DNA of 63,242 nt, counting the filler, from Intoshia linei (lineage: Eukaryota; Animalia; Orthonectida): assembly GCA_001642005.1 (NCBI GenBank). It is 4 parts of 4 records of this genome, joined end to end, with 100 filler letters (N's around TTAATTAATTAA, not from the genome) between each part and the next. Parts side by side here need not be neighbours in the genome. Positions count along the whole stretch, not along the records: positions 1 to 25,470 come from LWCA01000498.1; 3 more parts are not named here. The stretch is one strand, 5' to 3'. Each line of letters starts with the position of its first letter. Position 1 is the first letter of the stretch. The notes below the pieces were generated by a model. The model searched no databases. It was not told where the DNA came from and saw only the letters and a list, made by a program, of their open reading frames with translations. Below are positions 1 through 13,559 of this stretch, piece by piece. The position numbers and the translations under genes were made by a program.

Positions 1-1118
1 AACTTACAGGTTCAATGGATAGCAGATTGATCAAATTGTTGGAGAAACAAGGTGATCACATATCTATGTAGTAATTAAAAATATTTTTTATCAATTAAAA
101 TCAATAAAAAAAATCACTTTTAATAAATGTTCTAATAACTGGGTACTAAGAGTGTGATTTTTTATACTTTTTTTCGAAATTTCATGGTCCAAATACTGAT
201 AAAGTTGCGTGTGATAGTTTCATGATAATCGTGAAAAGTTGAAAAATTTTTAGTGGAAGAGCTTGCCATTTTAAAAATTTCATACAAAAATGTTCCACAA
301 AAACTAAAATATAACTTTATTTACTGGAATATTACGATGAGATCCTGTATTTATGTTTTGAGTGGTCATGTTTGGTTATTCACTTTGCATCTTTAAATTC
401 GATTCTACCTCATTTATTTTTGTTTTTAGTGAAAATTTTTATAAAATTATAATAACTTTAAACATTTATAAAATAATAATAAGAGGTATTGTATTAAAAT
501 TTAATAATAAACGTGAACGCAGTGATTCTAAGCATTCTTCAATTCACAAATAACTCAAATGTCATTGTTTTCCAAACGTTTCATAATATTTTACCATAAT
601 GGTAAATTTTACCAATATTTCAAAGGATTGTAATACATAATAATGATATTAACAAAGTTGTATGACTTTTAGTTTCGTTGTTGTAGTTTTTATATAAATT
701 TTATTTAAAATGTTTTGAAAATGAGAATTTGAAATTTAAAAATTACATAGTAATGAAAAAAATTTCGAATGAATGAATTATATAGATTTTCACCCATATT
801 TCTTTATTGGAAATTTGTCGCCGTTCAATAAACATTTTTTTGAAATAGTAAGATCAATATTTACATTTTGAATTTTTATTTTAATCAAAATATTTGAAAA
901 ATATTGGTTGATAATATATTAATTTAATATTATCAATAAGAATGATTATTTATCATTCTTCAATTCAATTCTGACTTTTTTGACATTTAGGAATTTTATG
1001 AAATTATAAAATATTAATTATCTTTTTAATTGGCATAATATTCATGTCATGATACTCGTAAGAATTTTCAAATTAATCTGTGAAATTTTGACTTTTTGGA
1101 CTTATACTAGTTATAAGC

Positions 1119-1380
1119 CAGGAGTTCCCACACTTATTTCATGGTGGGCCTGTAATAAATTACATATTTTTTATCGCGGACCATTAAATCGAAATTACTA
1201 GGCAATATTAATAAAAAATTTGAATGAAAATCGTAATAATTTGACTTTTAATTAGTAAAAATTATTCAGCGAACCGGTAAAAATTTTTCTTGACTGGAGG
1301 ATTGTCAATAATATTTCTAGCTATAACTGTTTACTAACCCATTCTATTTTTTTGATATTTTCGATAAACTTCCTTATAGT
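1119..1380 (+). mobile_element. Degenerate hAT (Charlie-like) MITE; related copy at ~29339-29525
   Basis: CAGGAGTTCCCCACACTT-type end. Internal sequence (atcgcggaccattaaa...gaaccgg) is shared with 29339-29525. Confidence 0.5.
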
Positions 1381-1999
1381 GGCATTTGATGCCCGATTAA
1401 ATGAAAAAATTTGTTATTCTATCATTCACAAAAATTATTCATTATAGGAAAATTATAGTCAGTAGCCTTATTTTATTTTCAAGTACTTCGTACAATACAT
1501 AAGTACGTAATTATAATTATTTAATGTGTGCTGTTTTTTTGTATTCGTCTAAATTCTGGAGTGAATTCCCGCTATGACGAGCCGTCACTGAGGATAAGTA
1601 AGCTTTTTAGAACTCTTAAATCTTTTTTTTAATTAATTTCTCAATATTTACTCATTTCAAATAAACAATAGTGTAAAGTTTACTAAATGATAGTTCAAAT
1701 GAACTTGAAAAATAACTTTTACTGTTTGATGAATAATAGAGGTTTATATATTTTTAATAATGATTAATGGACAAAATTAAAAACATTTTAACAATATATA
1801 AATTAAATTGGAAAAATTTAGTCATATTTTATACATCATTGTTTGTATATAAATCAAACATTTTGCAAATGCTTTTTCAAGTGTGTTGATTGATTTGAAA
1901 AGATCAAGTATATTGAAAAAAAATTAAATGGAAACAATAGAATTGTTTTTTATGTTGTCAAATGTTAAAAAATGGTTAATTGTTTATAAGTAAATAAAT

Positions 2000-3300
2000 T
2001 AATATTATAATACACATACGAATCATGCACGCATAACCCATTTTAAACAATTAAAATTGAAATTATAGCTATGGACTGTATTGATTTAATTAGTTGGGCA
2101 TCCATGTCAATATAATACAAGGTTATTAATTAATAAATAAAGGAACATGCATTGATACAACTGGTACTATATAATTTGTTTTTTTAAATGAGATGAAACT
2201 TGATATTACACGTACCGTAAGGAATACAAAATGTGGGTTAATTTTGCCGTATACTAATAACTTACATACTATTACGTTACTTTATTAGTAAATTGTAATT
2301 TTATATGCATTAGTAACCTAAATTAGCGTATTACATGTTAATGGAAAAATTAGTTCAGTCCTATAGGTAATCAACTCTTTAATTTTTCATTAAAATCATT
2401 AAAACTTGTTATTCTTTTCATATTTGACTCATTAACCAAAACATTGTACAAATAATTGTTGCAAACATACACTACATACTAGATCAATATCAATATTGAA
2501 TAAGTTTTATCAAGGCTATACACATCTTTGAATATGGTAATTATTGATAACCAGTGCAAAATGGATCAATGTGAGGTATTTGACTAGTATAATTCACTTC
2601 CTGGACAGAAATATGAGGTAACGACTGGCTCGCTAAATTAAAATATAAATTGAGACATTCAACACCTAGCTAAATCAATTTTTATATGAAATGTATTGCT
2701 TTTTTCATCAAGTAACATATGCATTTAAAAATTAACAGTTACTCCATTGATTGATAATACTAACAGTTATCAGGATCTCTAGATATAATGTTGCTTCATA
2801 TTTATTCGTGACAATTCTGGAATACCAAATATCAATAAATATATCTACAAAATTTTTTATTATGGTAAATTGTATTAATTATTGTATCTCGGAAATAAAT
2901 GTTTTGCGTACAATTTATCTTGATCATTCTGCTGCATTGAATTTCTCTTTTTACAAAATTGTGTAAACAACATTGTAAATCTATTCCAATTGAGATTATG
3001 TCCAATTTTGGATCCAAAGGCAACTGATCTATTCAATGGTAAATGCTTCTCTCAAAATATTCAATTATTTGGTCTTTGTAGATGATCAATTCCATTTTGT
3101 ATAATAGTCTCAAAGTATATATATCAAATTTAATTTTTTTATTCTTATCAATGTACTTCTATACCATTGAATTTATATCAGTCTATTATTCACTTTCAAA
3201 TACCTGAACATTTTGGTGCACTGAACCTTTTTATGAAAAAATATATTTCACATCTAATATTGATTTTAGTCAACAAGAAATTGACTCATTAGGTAAATTT
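2000..3300 (+). pseudogene. Possible decayed Cys-rich (EGF-repeat-like) gene fragment
   Basis: Scattered, stop-interrupted peptides on + strand: ESCTHNP, DCIDLI, GHPCQYN, KGTCIDTTG, PVQNGSM*, CPILDPKATDLFNGKCF. No intact ORF. Confidence 0.25.
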
Positions 3301-5566
3301 ATTATATATGTGACTGTCCGTTTGAAGTTCCAGTGAAAGTAACAATTTATGATACAATTATCTAACATAATGTGTATATATTCTTATTTTACTACTATAA
3401 TTCACTCACTGACAAAATATAGTAAACCGTGCACAACTTTCTAGTTTATATACTTGTAAATTGTAGCTCGTTTAGTTTGGGGTATTTATGGTGGATTAAA
3501 AAAATTAATCCATTATATTCGGCTTACCTAAATTTAGATAAATGTAAATTTATTTATATATTTATTTGTATGCATATTAACGAAGAGAACGAAGACTTGA
3601 ATTTTACAAATAGAATAAGCGGTACCGAACCAGGAAACTATTTTTGGGTCTGACTAAATTTTGGTAAAATTGGTCCTCATTTTTCCAAATTAATCATTAA
3701 AAATTTTATTCTTGAATATCATAACTATTTTGTGTTAAATTTAAACTGTCAAATCACGAGCCTTAGACAGGCAGTTAGGGCTAGGATACTATATATCATT
3801 TTTCATTTTCGAGATGAAATCGAGTTTAGTGGGTTCGGGTTTGAGAATATATATGGTACAACTCTTTATTTACAATTCAAAAATGTAGGTTTCAACCCAT
3901 AAAATTAAAATTTTATTTTTGATAATTGCAGTCACTACAATCGTGATGTTGGTCATATGATTTTGGTTGTTATTGATAAAAGAAATCAATCAAGTTTATA
4001 GTAACCAAAAGTATACAAAATGATCTTTTTTTAATTTTTATTAAAGTGGACAGAAAAATAAGTACTATCACTTTTAGTTTATTTGGAATAAATTTTAAGC
4101 CTATAATTTTTATTCGTCATCATAGCTAAGTACTTTTGGCTTTACATTTAACACCAAATAAACTAAAATTAATTGTACCTATTTTTTTTGGCCACTTTAT
4201 TTTAATGTTAATAAAGTTTTGTTTCTAATGATTTTCAATTTCAATTTCAATTTAGTTTTATTGAGTTTTAAATGTTTCATTATACAAGTACACTAATAAA
4301 AACGACACATAATTTAGATTTTCAATTTTATTTTAGTGAGGTGCTTTATCATTTACTGTTAATTTTAAAATTAAAATATTATTTTATTTTGAGATTTTGG
4401 GTTTTCGAGATATTTAAAAACATATAGTATTTAACAGCAGAGTTGCTACTGTTTGAACCAGTATATAATTGAACGTTATTTACAGTAAATGTCTTCATTT
4501 TTTCAATTGGCACATATATTTTATCATATCCATTGCCTTCAAATGTGTGTGGATAGTGGAGTTTTGCAATACGATTCGAAACATGACTTTAAAAAGTTGT
4601 GAATGACAATAATTCAATGAAAACCTTCATCTAAATTTAATCTGAACAGGGACCCGATGACGAACTTTAAAAATCTCACCAACACAGCCCAGACACCACT
4701 TTATATCATACTGAATCGTCCTTCGGGCCGTTTTGCAGAACTCTACTATCAATAATCATATGAAAATATTAACCAGATTGGTAACCACTACTCTAACTAA
4801 ATACTCCATATAACATGCTAAAGTATGTGATATAAAAAAGTATAAGGAATGATTTGGCCACAATAATATATTAGATTAAAAATATATTAATGTCTATTCG
4901 CAAGGCATTTTTCGTAGAGTAAATTTATGTTAAAGAGGTTAAAACAGATATATAAAAAAGGTCTAAAAGTTAAAACAGTTTGACCCCTTATAAAATTTCT
5001 TTGCAAAGTTTAAAAAAAATTATTAAAAATATATTTTATGGCTTACGATACATAATAACAAAAGAAAGTTATCAGTACTTGAGATCTAAAATTGTGTATA
5101 TGAAGAATTTTACTTTTATATTATCTATTGAATACGTCTAATATATATCCCACTATTTTATTATATATTTGTTTTATTTTCGATCAGTGTAAATTTTTAT
5201 TAGCCTGGCAAGAGGTATTTATTATCAAAAAATTATTAAACCTTGTTTGTAATCAGTTTGTATCAGTAGTAGAGCGATGTCACGGTGCGGGTAATCGGTT
5301 GATTCGTTTCTGATCTGGATACGGAACTGATACGGACGGAACAAATATGTGTTAAAATTGACGTGGCTATAGATGGTCCGATTTAATTTAAATGCAAAAA
5401 TTTTAATTTAATACTTTACTTACCTTTGATTTATATATATCTAATTTTGTTTGAGTTTTGCAATACGTGCGGAGGTAACCATTTCAATATTTTATCAGTA
5501 ACAATCATTTACTAACCTTTAACTACATTTAATACCTTTTTTTCATGTTCCTGAAGAAAATTTTAA

Positions 5567-5743
5567 CCCTTTCACTTTCTGTGTATTCTATGATATACAA
5601 AGCATAATTTTGAAAAACTTTATTCTTTTATTTTCATACATTTTCACATAGGTAATTTAAAAATAATACAAGTTTAAATTAAAAAATAAATTCCAGACGT
5701 GTTTGTGTGATGCATCATAAAATAGTATTAGACCGTGAAAGGG
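5567..5743. mobile_element. piggyBac-type MITE (copy 1)
   Basis: TTAA|CCCTTTCAC ... GTGAAAGGG|TAAA terminal inverted repeats. Near-identical to 15009-15219. Confidence 0.75.
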
Positions 5744-6545
5744 TAAAGGTTTGTATTAGAATTATTTCACACATTCAGAATCAAAACTATCCCAAGTCTG
5801 TATTTTAATCATGTTTTTAATTCGTATTTTAATCACGTTATCTTATTAACATGTTACATGCGCGATCTTGAATTTCAAAAAAGATAGAAACAAATAACCA
5901 CAATGTCCATAACATCCATGATAACTGGGTGCTGGTATAATCCGTATCTGTCATAAATGTTTCATTTATTCTTAATGTGCGATGATTTCAAAAGATTTGA
6001 ATGTTTAACAATTTTATATAAACGTAAGAGAGTGTGAAACGCAAGTGAATAACGTTTAGGAAACCCTGATCTACACGATACAAATGAACTTTTTTTACAT
6101 CACAATTTAATGACAACATAATTTATATGGTACAATGTATGTTATACATAACAATTTCAATTTTAAAAGATTAACATGACTTCATAATTATAGTAAAAAC
6201 TGATATAATATATATAATTATAGATAATTGACACTGGATATATAGATGACATAATTTTATGATTAGATTTGAACTTCGCGTGTATCAGATTTAACAATTA
6301 ATCAAAGGATATCGTGACCAATTTAGTCAAGTTTATATTGTATGAACTTTCCATTTTTTTCGCTTCAAATTCAGATTATATTCAAATACAAAGTATATCT
6401 AGACAATGTAAATCGGGTAGTTTTCTTTATTCTTAATATCGATAATTGGTTAACTGCAATTTTAATGTAGATCAAATTATTAACAATATAATAATACTTT
6501 TATATCACTATAGAAATAGCTGTTATTGTTTTAAAAATTATCCAA

Positions 6546-6848
6546 TCCTTACTTTTATAATATGCTTTGCAATATTTCTTTGTCAGTGTGTGTTGCCTTT
6601 TATTTCAATAACTACCGGTCTTAGCATTTTATAAACTCCACATTTCAATTACAGTTTTTTTCGAGATGTTAGCAAAATAAATGTCAACCTCCCAAACTCT
6701 TAGGAACCACTCCTTTAAAGGATTGGTAATAGTGAATAGTAGGATTTTTAAGTTAGATTTTCAACGTGAATTTATTTTTTTGATATAATAAAAATTGCCT
6801 CGGCAGAGCTAAGTGCTATTTGTACGTAGTACATAACAGTCAACTTAA
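6546..6848 (+). mobile_element. Short non-autonomous Helitron-like element
   Basis: 5' A|TCCTTACTT(T/A)TATAATATGC followed by a (GT)n tract. The 3' part (gcctcggcagagc...cagtcaac) matches the CTAG|T terminus seen at 16330 on the - strand. Confidence 0.5.
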
Positions 6849-8948
6849 TATTGTATATAATTATATACCCAAATTCACATTTTGTCATAAAAATTACACC
6901 TCCCCAAACTACTCCTTTATTAGTCCATAATAATTCATCTAAAAAGTCATGGAAATAATGATGAATCTTAACTTAGCTGTAAGTTGCCGTGAAAATTCTA
7001 TTTAAGTAAAAAATGTATTAAAATCATTTATTTCATCAAAAAATTCGGTAAAATGTTGGGATTTAGTTGATTAAAGTTCCATCATGACTACATAAAAAAT
7101 AATTAATAATGTTGATAAATTTAATTAAGTCGATATTTTCTATCGATTCAGTTAAAAAATAAAAGTATACCTCCAATGATTTTAAAATAATTAATTAAAT
7201 TAAAATTTTAAATAAGTATTACCACACGCATTGCAGTTTCCAGTCATTCAATATATTACCTGTAGATTGAAAATTTTGAATTGCGCCAGAGGTGTATAAA
7301 ATATCCAAGTTACATTCGGCGCAATTTCAATTCAGACACCAGGTAACATTTTAAAATTTTAAACAAATTTATTATAAGTATCTTAATTAATGAATCAAGA
7401 TTAATGTAATTTTAATTATAATTTTAAAAATTTTACAATTTCAATTTTGATTAAATTTATTGATGATAATTAAAATGGACATGATTGCATTTACACACAT
7501 TATATTATGTCAATACATACATTATATAAAATGTAGATTAAAAGAAAAAAAATCACAAGTAGTGTTCTACCTCCAGAATCTCATTAGAAATGTAACAATA
7601 CAAAAAATTAAATTACTAAAATCCAACCTGACCTTATGTTAATTAAATTAAAAAAGTATAATCTAATTTATAATTATTTGAATATGACATATTTTAATTT
7701 TTATCTTGTATGAAACAAAATGAAAAAACTCATACAATATACATTATATATAAATTATAATTGGTAGACACTTGGTAAATATATGTGTGCCTTTTTTATA
7801 AATCAATTTTTTTCTTAGATTCATGAACGTTATTAAAATGTATACATTAATAAGATTTCATCAATTTTAATCGATATCAATTATGTTAATTGGAATTTTC
7901 CTCTCAACTTTTTATTAAGTATGAAAATATATTATTTTTTTACTACATTGAAAAATAAATCATTATAAATTTCACATACACTCTTTTATTGAAAAATCGA
8001 TAAAACATTAATATAAAGTCTATTATTAAGATGCATTTATTTTACATCACTATTAGGGCGTTCTATCACTAAATAATGACGTTGGATAAACAATAAAAAA
8101 TTTACTGGGTCCATAATTATAATGCTAATTAGACTCTAGAGTTTCGTTTCTCACAAGTAGAACATTACAGTATGTTTTCATACTTAATTTACTAAATTCA
8201 TGTTTTTTTTATATATATAATTAATATTACATTATATTTGATTAAATAGTAAAGAATGTTTAAACAAAATGAAAATTGATATTTCAAAAAGATTAATGTA
8301 AATAACAAATTATACATCTATACATCTAAGATATTTTTCGGAAAAATTGTGTAACACATTAAAACATGTGAATTGTTAATGTTCCAACTGGTTGATGTTG
8401 ATAAAGGAATGAACGGATCATTGTATATTTGTTAAGATGAGTAGAGTCCTAATTATGAATATAATTGAAGACTGAATAACAATGTAATTAACCCACATCT
8501 AGTAACTTATCTTTGAATGTAGCAATACATCGCGTATTTATCACTTTTATTACACTACACTTTATATTTCTTATTATATATCACAAAGCTAATACGAACA
8601 CGAATTTCGTATGTTGTAGGATCGTCTTAAGTGTTTAATAAACACTGTTTATGATTTGATATTTATAATTTAAACTAATACACGTGGTAAGTCAGCTGGA
8701 ATAGTTCGTATATTCATAGCAAAAATAAAATTAAATAGAATCTGGCTCATTCAAAAATTTCGAAAGTAAAACAACACGAACTTTAGATAGCTATCGTAAT
8801 GTTCCGATCATGCTTCGAACCGTGTTATAGAACTCTAATATGCATTTCAAAGATAACTCAAAAATGCATATACCCTAAACTTTTAACATTATTTCATAGT
8901 CAGCGATTATTCGCCATTAGATATATCTCCTGACCGGATATAGCCCTA

Positions 8949-10098
8949 TCCTAACTTATATAATATGCTACGCGATTTTTGTTTTGTGTGTGTGTGTTCA
9001 GCTTTATTTAAATAACTATTCGTCTTAGAATTTTATAAAGTCCACATTTCAATTACAGTTTTTTCCGGAGGTGTTCGCAAAATAAATTTCAATCTTCCAA
9101 ACTCACATCTTATCGCTCAAAAACCCCAATTGTCCTTTTTTTTAAAAATCAAACGAGTTGGTGAATTTAAAAAAACATACGCTAATAAAGATTTTAAAAT
9201 CATAAACATTATCTAAAATTTAAATTTAAAAAAATTATATTTTCAGGGCCAAAATCACAAATTATATTCTTTTTTTAATGAAAACAGCCCTAAAATTTAA
9301 AAAAATTTGAATCCGAATAAGTAACAACTTCAAAAAAGCATTTTAATATTCATATATTTTTTTCCGAAATATTTTATTGAAACAAAAAATGTAAAATAAT
9401 TAACCGTCCGAAAATTAAAAAAAAGTTTATTCTGATAGAGCTTATTCCAGTTAATATAAATACAAAAGTTCAACCCGAGAAATCTACGCATTCCCAATGA
9501 AAAATAATTCGATTAAAATCTAATTTAAAAATGTAAATATTGATCCTACAATTTCAAAAAAAAATGTGCATTGAACGTCTACACATTTCCAATAAAAAAA
9601 TATGGGTGAAAAATCTATATAATTCATTCATTCGAAATTTTTTTCATTACTATGTAATTTTTAAATTTCAAATTCTCATTTTCAAAACATTTTAAATAAA
9701 ATTTATATAAAAACTACAACAACGAAACTAAAAGTCATACAACTTTGTTAATATTATTTTAATATTTATTACAATTCTTTGCAATATTGGTAAAATTCGA
9801 TTGAAATATGTTTATAAAGTGAATATTCGGTTAATTATTGATACATAATAGGTTTTTATAATTTTATTTTTTCTGGAATTTATGTATTTATGACAATTTT
9901 TAGGATTTGACTGTTTTTACTTTATTTTGAATATTATACACACATTCTGTCTAATAAAATAAAAAAATGGGATACCAATTGTTTTTAAAATTCTTTACGC
10001 AAATGTTAAAAAAAAATTAAGATGGAATAATTCACTTTAAAGTAAAAAGTAATGTGATATGATGATTTCACCTGAAACAAATTTGGAAACTTATTCCA
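8949..10098 (+). mobile_element. Long Helitron-like repeat family copy
   Basis: Same 5' terminus (TCCTAACTTATATAATATGC + GT microsatellite). 9600-9752 is an almost exact inverted copy of 648-800; 9890-10095 is an inverted copy of 16455-16650. Confidence 0.55.
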
Positions 10099-11365
10099 TT
10101 ATTGTTTCTTATTCAATTTTATTAGCTAATTGAAATTGTTAGTTTAATAATGATTTGAGTATAGAATTTTTTTTGTGTAACCCGCGTAATAATTTTTTTT
10201 TACATTTAGCTAGTCAAGCAAATTGAGTCTGACACATACTTAGATAGTTAGATCGACAACATTTTTGTAAAATGGGGCTATGAATATCTAATTAGTTTAT
10301 GCGCCAAATTTAAAAATATCAAGTCTAAACCGTCGACAGGTAGCTAGGGATATATAGAATTACGCATTATTTTCGAATAATTTGTTATGAGATTATTTTT
10401 GATTTTCGGGGGTCGAGTATGACAGTTTGGCTCTGAATGCATTCTTGACTTTTATTCATTTCAAAATTCACGAATATGATGAAATTATTTAAATAGCACA
10501 TTAACTTAGGTTTAAAAGATGAAATAAAAGCAAGAATGAACACATGTAGGATCTTACTCTTTTCATAATACAGTCAGACTTGTTGATAGTGAACTTAACT
10601 GATTATATAGAAAATAAACTTAGATTCATGATTAATAATGTTTATTATTTTCATTTCAACTTCTCGCGTCTCGGTTCAGAAACCATGACTTGGATAAACT
10701 ACTGACGATGATAATATCTCTTGGTAACTAATCCCCCTCACCGTCCATAACCAGTGGTGATGTACCACCCACATGCACATTAGACTGCGAGTCAACAGTA
10801 CCTACTCTACTTAAGTTTTAACCCATGTTTCAATATAGAGTCTGCAACTGGGTTTGCGCTAACAAGCTTCTATAAGCTATGAGTATTTAAAAATTAATAT
10901 ACTATATTTAAACTACAACAAAAATTTTCCAAGGTTCAAACTCTAGACTAAAAACATTCATCTAAAAATAAATGCATAAATCATAAAAATATATATTGGA
11001 ATAACTAAAATCTTTGCAACAAAATTTACTAGCAGCATCATAATTAAGAAATGAAAATTTATTGGTATTTTATTGATTAATTAGAATAAACAATACTTGA
11101 GAATTAATGTAGAATTTACAATTAAAATTTAAGAAAATTAATTAATTAAATCATACATGGGAAAACAAATTTAGGTCAAATATAAAAAAAGTCTTGTTGT
11201 GCGGTATAAATGGGTATTTATAGAATAAATCCATTAAAACAAATGTAATGTCATGTCACCACTAAAACAAAATTTCTGAATTTTTATTAATGACAAGACT
11301 AATACACACGTAGTAGTAATTACATTATTAGATATTTGTAAAATTGATCCTAGTTTTAATACAAA

Positions 11366-13342
11366 ATGAAAAAGATTGACAAGAATAAAATAAAATTAGA
11401 AAAATTCAATTATGAAATGGATGAAAATCAAGATTCATGTAATAGCAATCCAGTAAAAAAGCCTTTATTAACTATTCCAATTGTTCATTCAGTTTCAAGT
11501 GGTAAAATTGGTAATTAAATATCTTTAAATGAACTATACAATTCAGTGCACGCCAAACTAGGTATCGATTTTTTTTTTGGTTTACTTAAATTTTACAGTT
11601 TGGCGATCACTATCATAATGAATAATTATAATTATTTATTATTACTTATTATATTATTATTTATTTATTATATAGAATCAAAACTGGGTACACCAAAACC
11701 ATTAACAAGTAAGGACGATAATACTAAAAAATCACTACTAAAAAACAAAAAGAAACATTTAAATACTATAAAAAATTTTTTAAAAAAACCAGAAATAAAA
11801 CACGACATAAAGTTGACAATAACTCCACCAAATGACGCGATAAATATTGAAATTGAAAACACATTTAAAAGCAGTCGAATAGTCATAAATGTATCTGGTA
11901 CTCGATACGAAATTGATACCGATATTCTATCAAAGTACCCTACGACACTACTAGGCAACCCAGAAAAATTGTATCGTTACTACGACATTGTCAATGATGA
12001 ATTTTTCTTTGATAGAAACAATTCAAATTTTGACGCAATACTGTATTATTATCAATCAAACAAAAAATTATATCGTCCATTAAACGTACCAGTCGATATT
12101 TTTATAGAAGAATGTACATTTTATAAACTGGATAAAGATTTGATTGATACATTTCGTAGACCAGAAAACGTTAATCAAAGAAAAGAAGCAAAACTACCCG
12201 ATAAAAAAATTTTAAAAATGCTTTGGTTACTATTTGAGTTTCCAGAAAGTTCCATTTTCGCTCGAATACTGGCGCTATTTTCAATGATTATAATAATAAT
12301 ATCCATTGTAATATTTTGCATGGAAACCCTTCCAAGTTTCCGGAATTATGAGGTGCAATATCATGACAATAGCAACACCTCTGCTCCATTAGTAAATTCA
12401 TCTTTCAGTAATTATGCTATAATGAACAATTTAAATAAATACCAATTTGTATATAAAAATTTCACAAATTCATCAAACGTACAAAACTTTAATAAAACCA
12501 ATTCTACAGATTTTTATCTTAACAATCATGTAATTACAGATAGATACAAGAACAAACCATTCATTAGACCTCTGTTTATTGTGGAAAGTATTTGTGTAGC
12601 GTGGTTTACAATTGAATTGATAATACGACTTGTGGCTTCACCTTCAAAATGGGAATTTAGTAAAGATATTATGAATATAGTAGATCTCATTTCCATTATA
12701 CCCTTCTTTATCACACTTTCCAGCATGATTCTTTCTCATTTCAAAATAAACAGTGTAACAGATTTAAATTTATCTCAAAACCTGACAAATTTTACAAATA
12801 CAAATTACATGGTCAACAATCAGAGCCATGTTAAAATTAAAAGTCGGCAAAGTCAATCTTTTGCAATTTTAAGAGTTATCCGTCTTGTTAGAGTTTTTAG
12901 AATTTTTAAATTATCACGCCATTCTAAAGGTTTGCAAGTTCTCGGACAAACTCTAAAAGCATCAGTTAATGAATTATGCTTATTAGTATTTTTTCTCTTT
13001 ATTGGTGTCATTCTTTATTCGAGCGCCATTTATTTTGCTGAAATTAATACGAAAAATACACATTTTACAAGCATTCCTTCTTCCTTTTGGTGGGCTGTTG
13101 TAACAATGACTACAGTCGGTTATGGTGACATGATACCGATTAGTTCTTTAGGGAAAATTATTGGTTCTCTCTGTGCCATTACTGGTGTACTCACTATTGC
13201 TTTACCTGTACCCGTTATTGTTTCCAATTTTAATTATTATTATCACAGAGATAATGAATCTAATAATCAAACGGAAAATACACATCAGCACGTCATGTCA
13301 TGTCCAACCTTTTACAAAAAAAGAATGAATTTGAAAATTTGA
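11366..13342 (+). CDS. KCNA: Voltage-gated K+ channel, Shaker/Kv1 family; exons 11366-11510, 11676-13342
   Basis: T1 domain (RIVINVSGTRYE, FFFDRN), S4 RVIRLVRVFRIFKLSRHSK, pore TMTTVGYGD, S6 PVP and Shaker-like HVMSCP. An upstream ATG exon joins in phase 1 through a GT..TAG intron. Confidence 0.96.
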
Positions 13343-13559
13343 TTCTTTAAAAAATTATATTATAAATCTATTGAAATTTGATATTTGAAAAAAATGTTCG
13401 TATTATTACGTACACTTGTATATGATAAAAATTTAAATTTATGTTTTACTACTACATTTTAAACAACATCTAGATCTGCTTTATTCTACACTAGTGGTTC
13501 CCAAACTTTTTCCACCATGGACCAATTGTCACACAAAAAAATGTGTGTGGACCACATAA

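Noticed and set aside
11546-11675. Signal-peptide-like N-terminus of the 598-aa Kv1 ORF
   Set aside because: It is the AT-rich intron read in frame; a proper ATG exon splices in at 11676.
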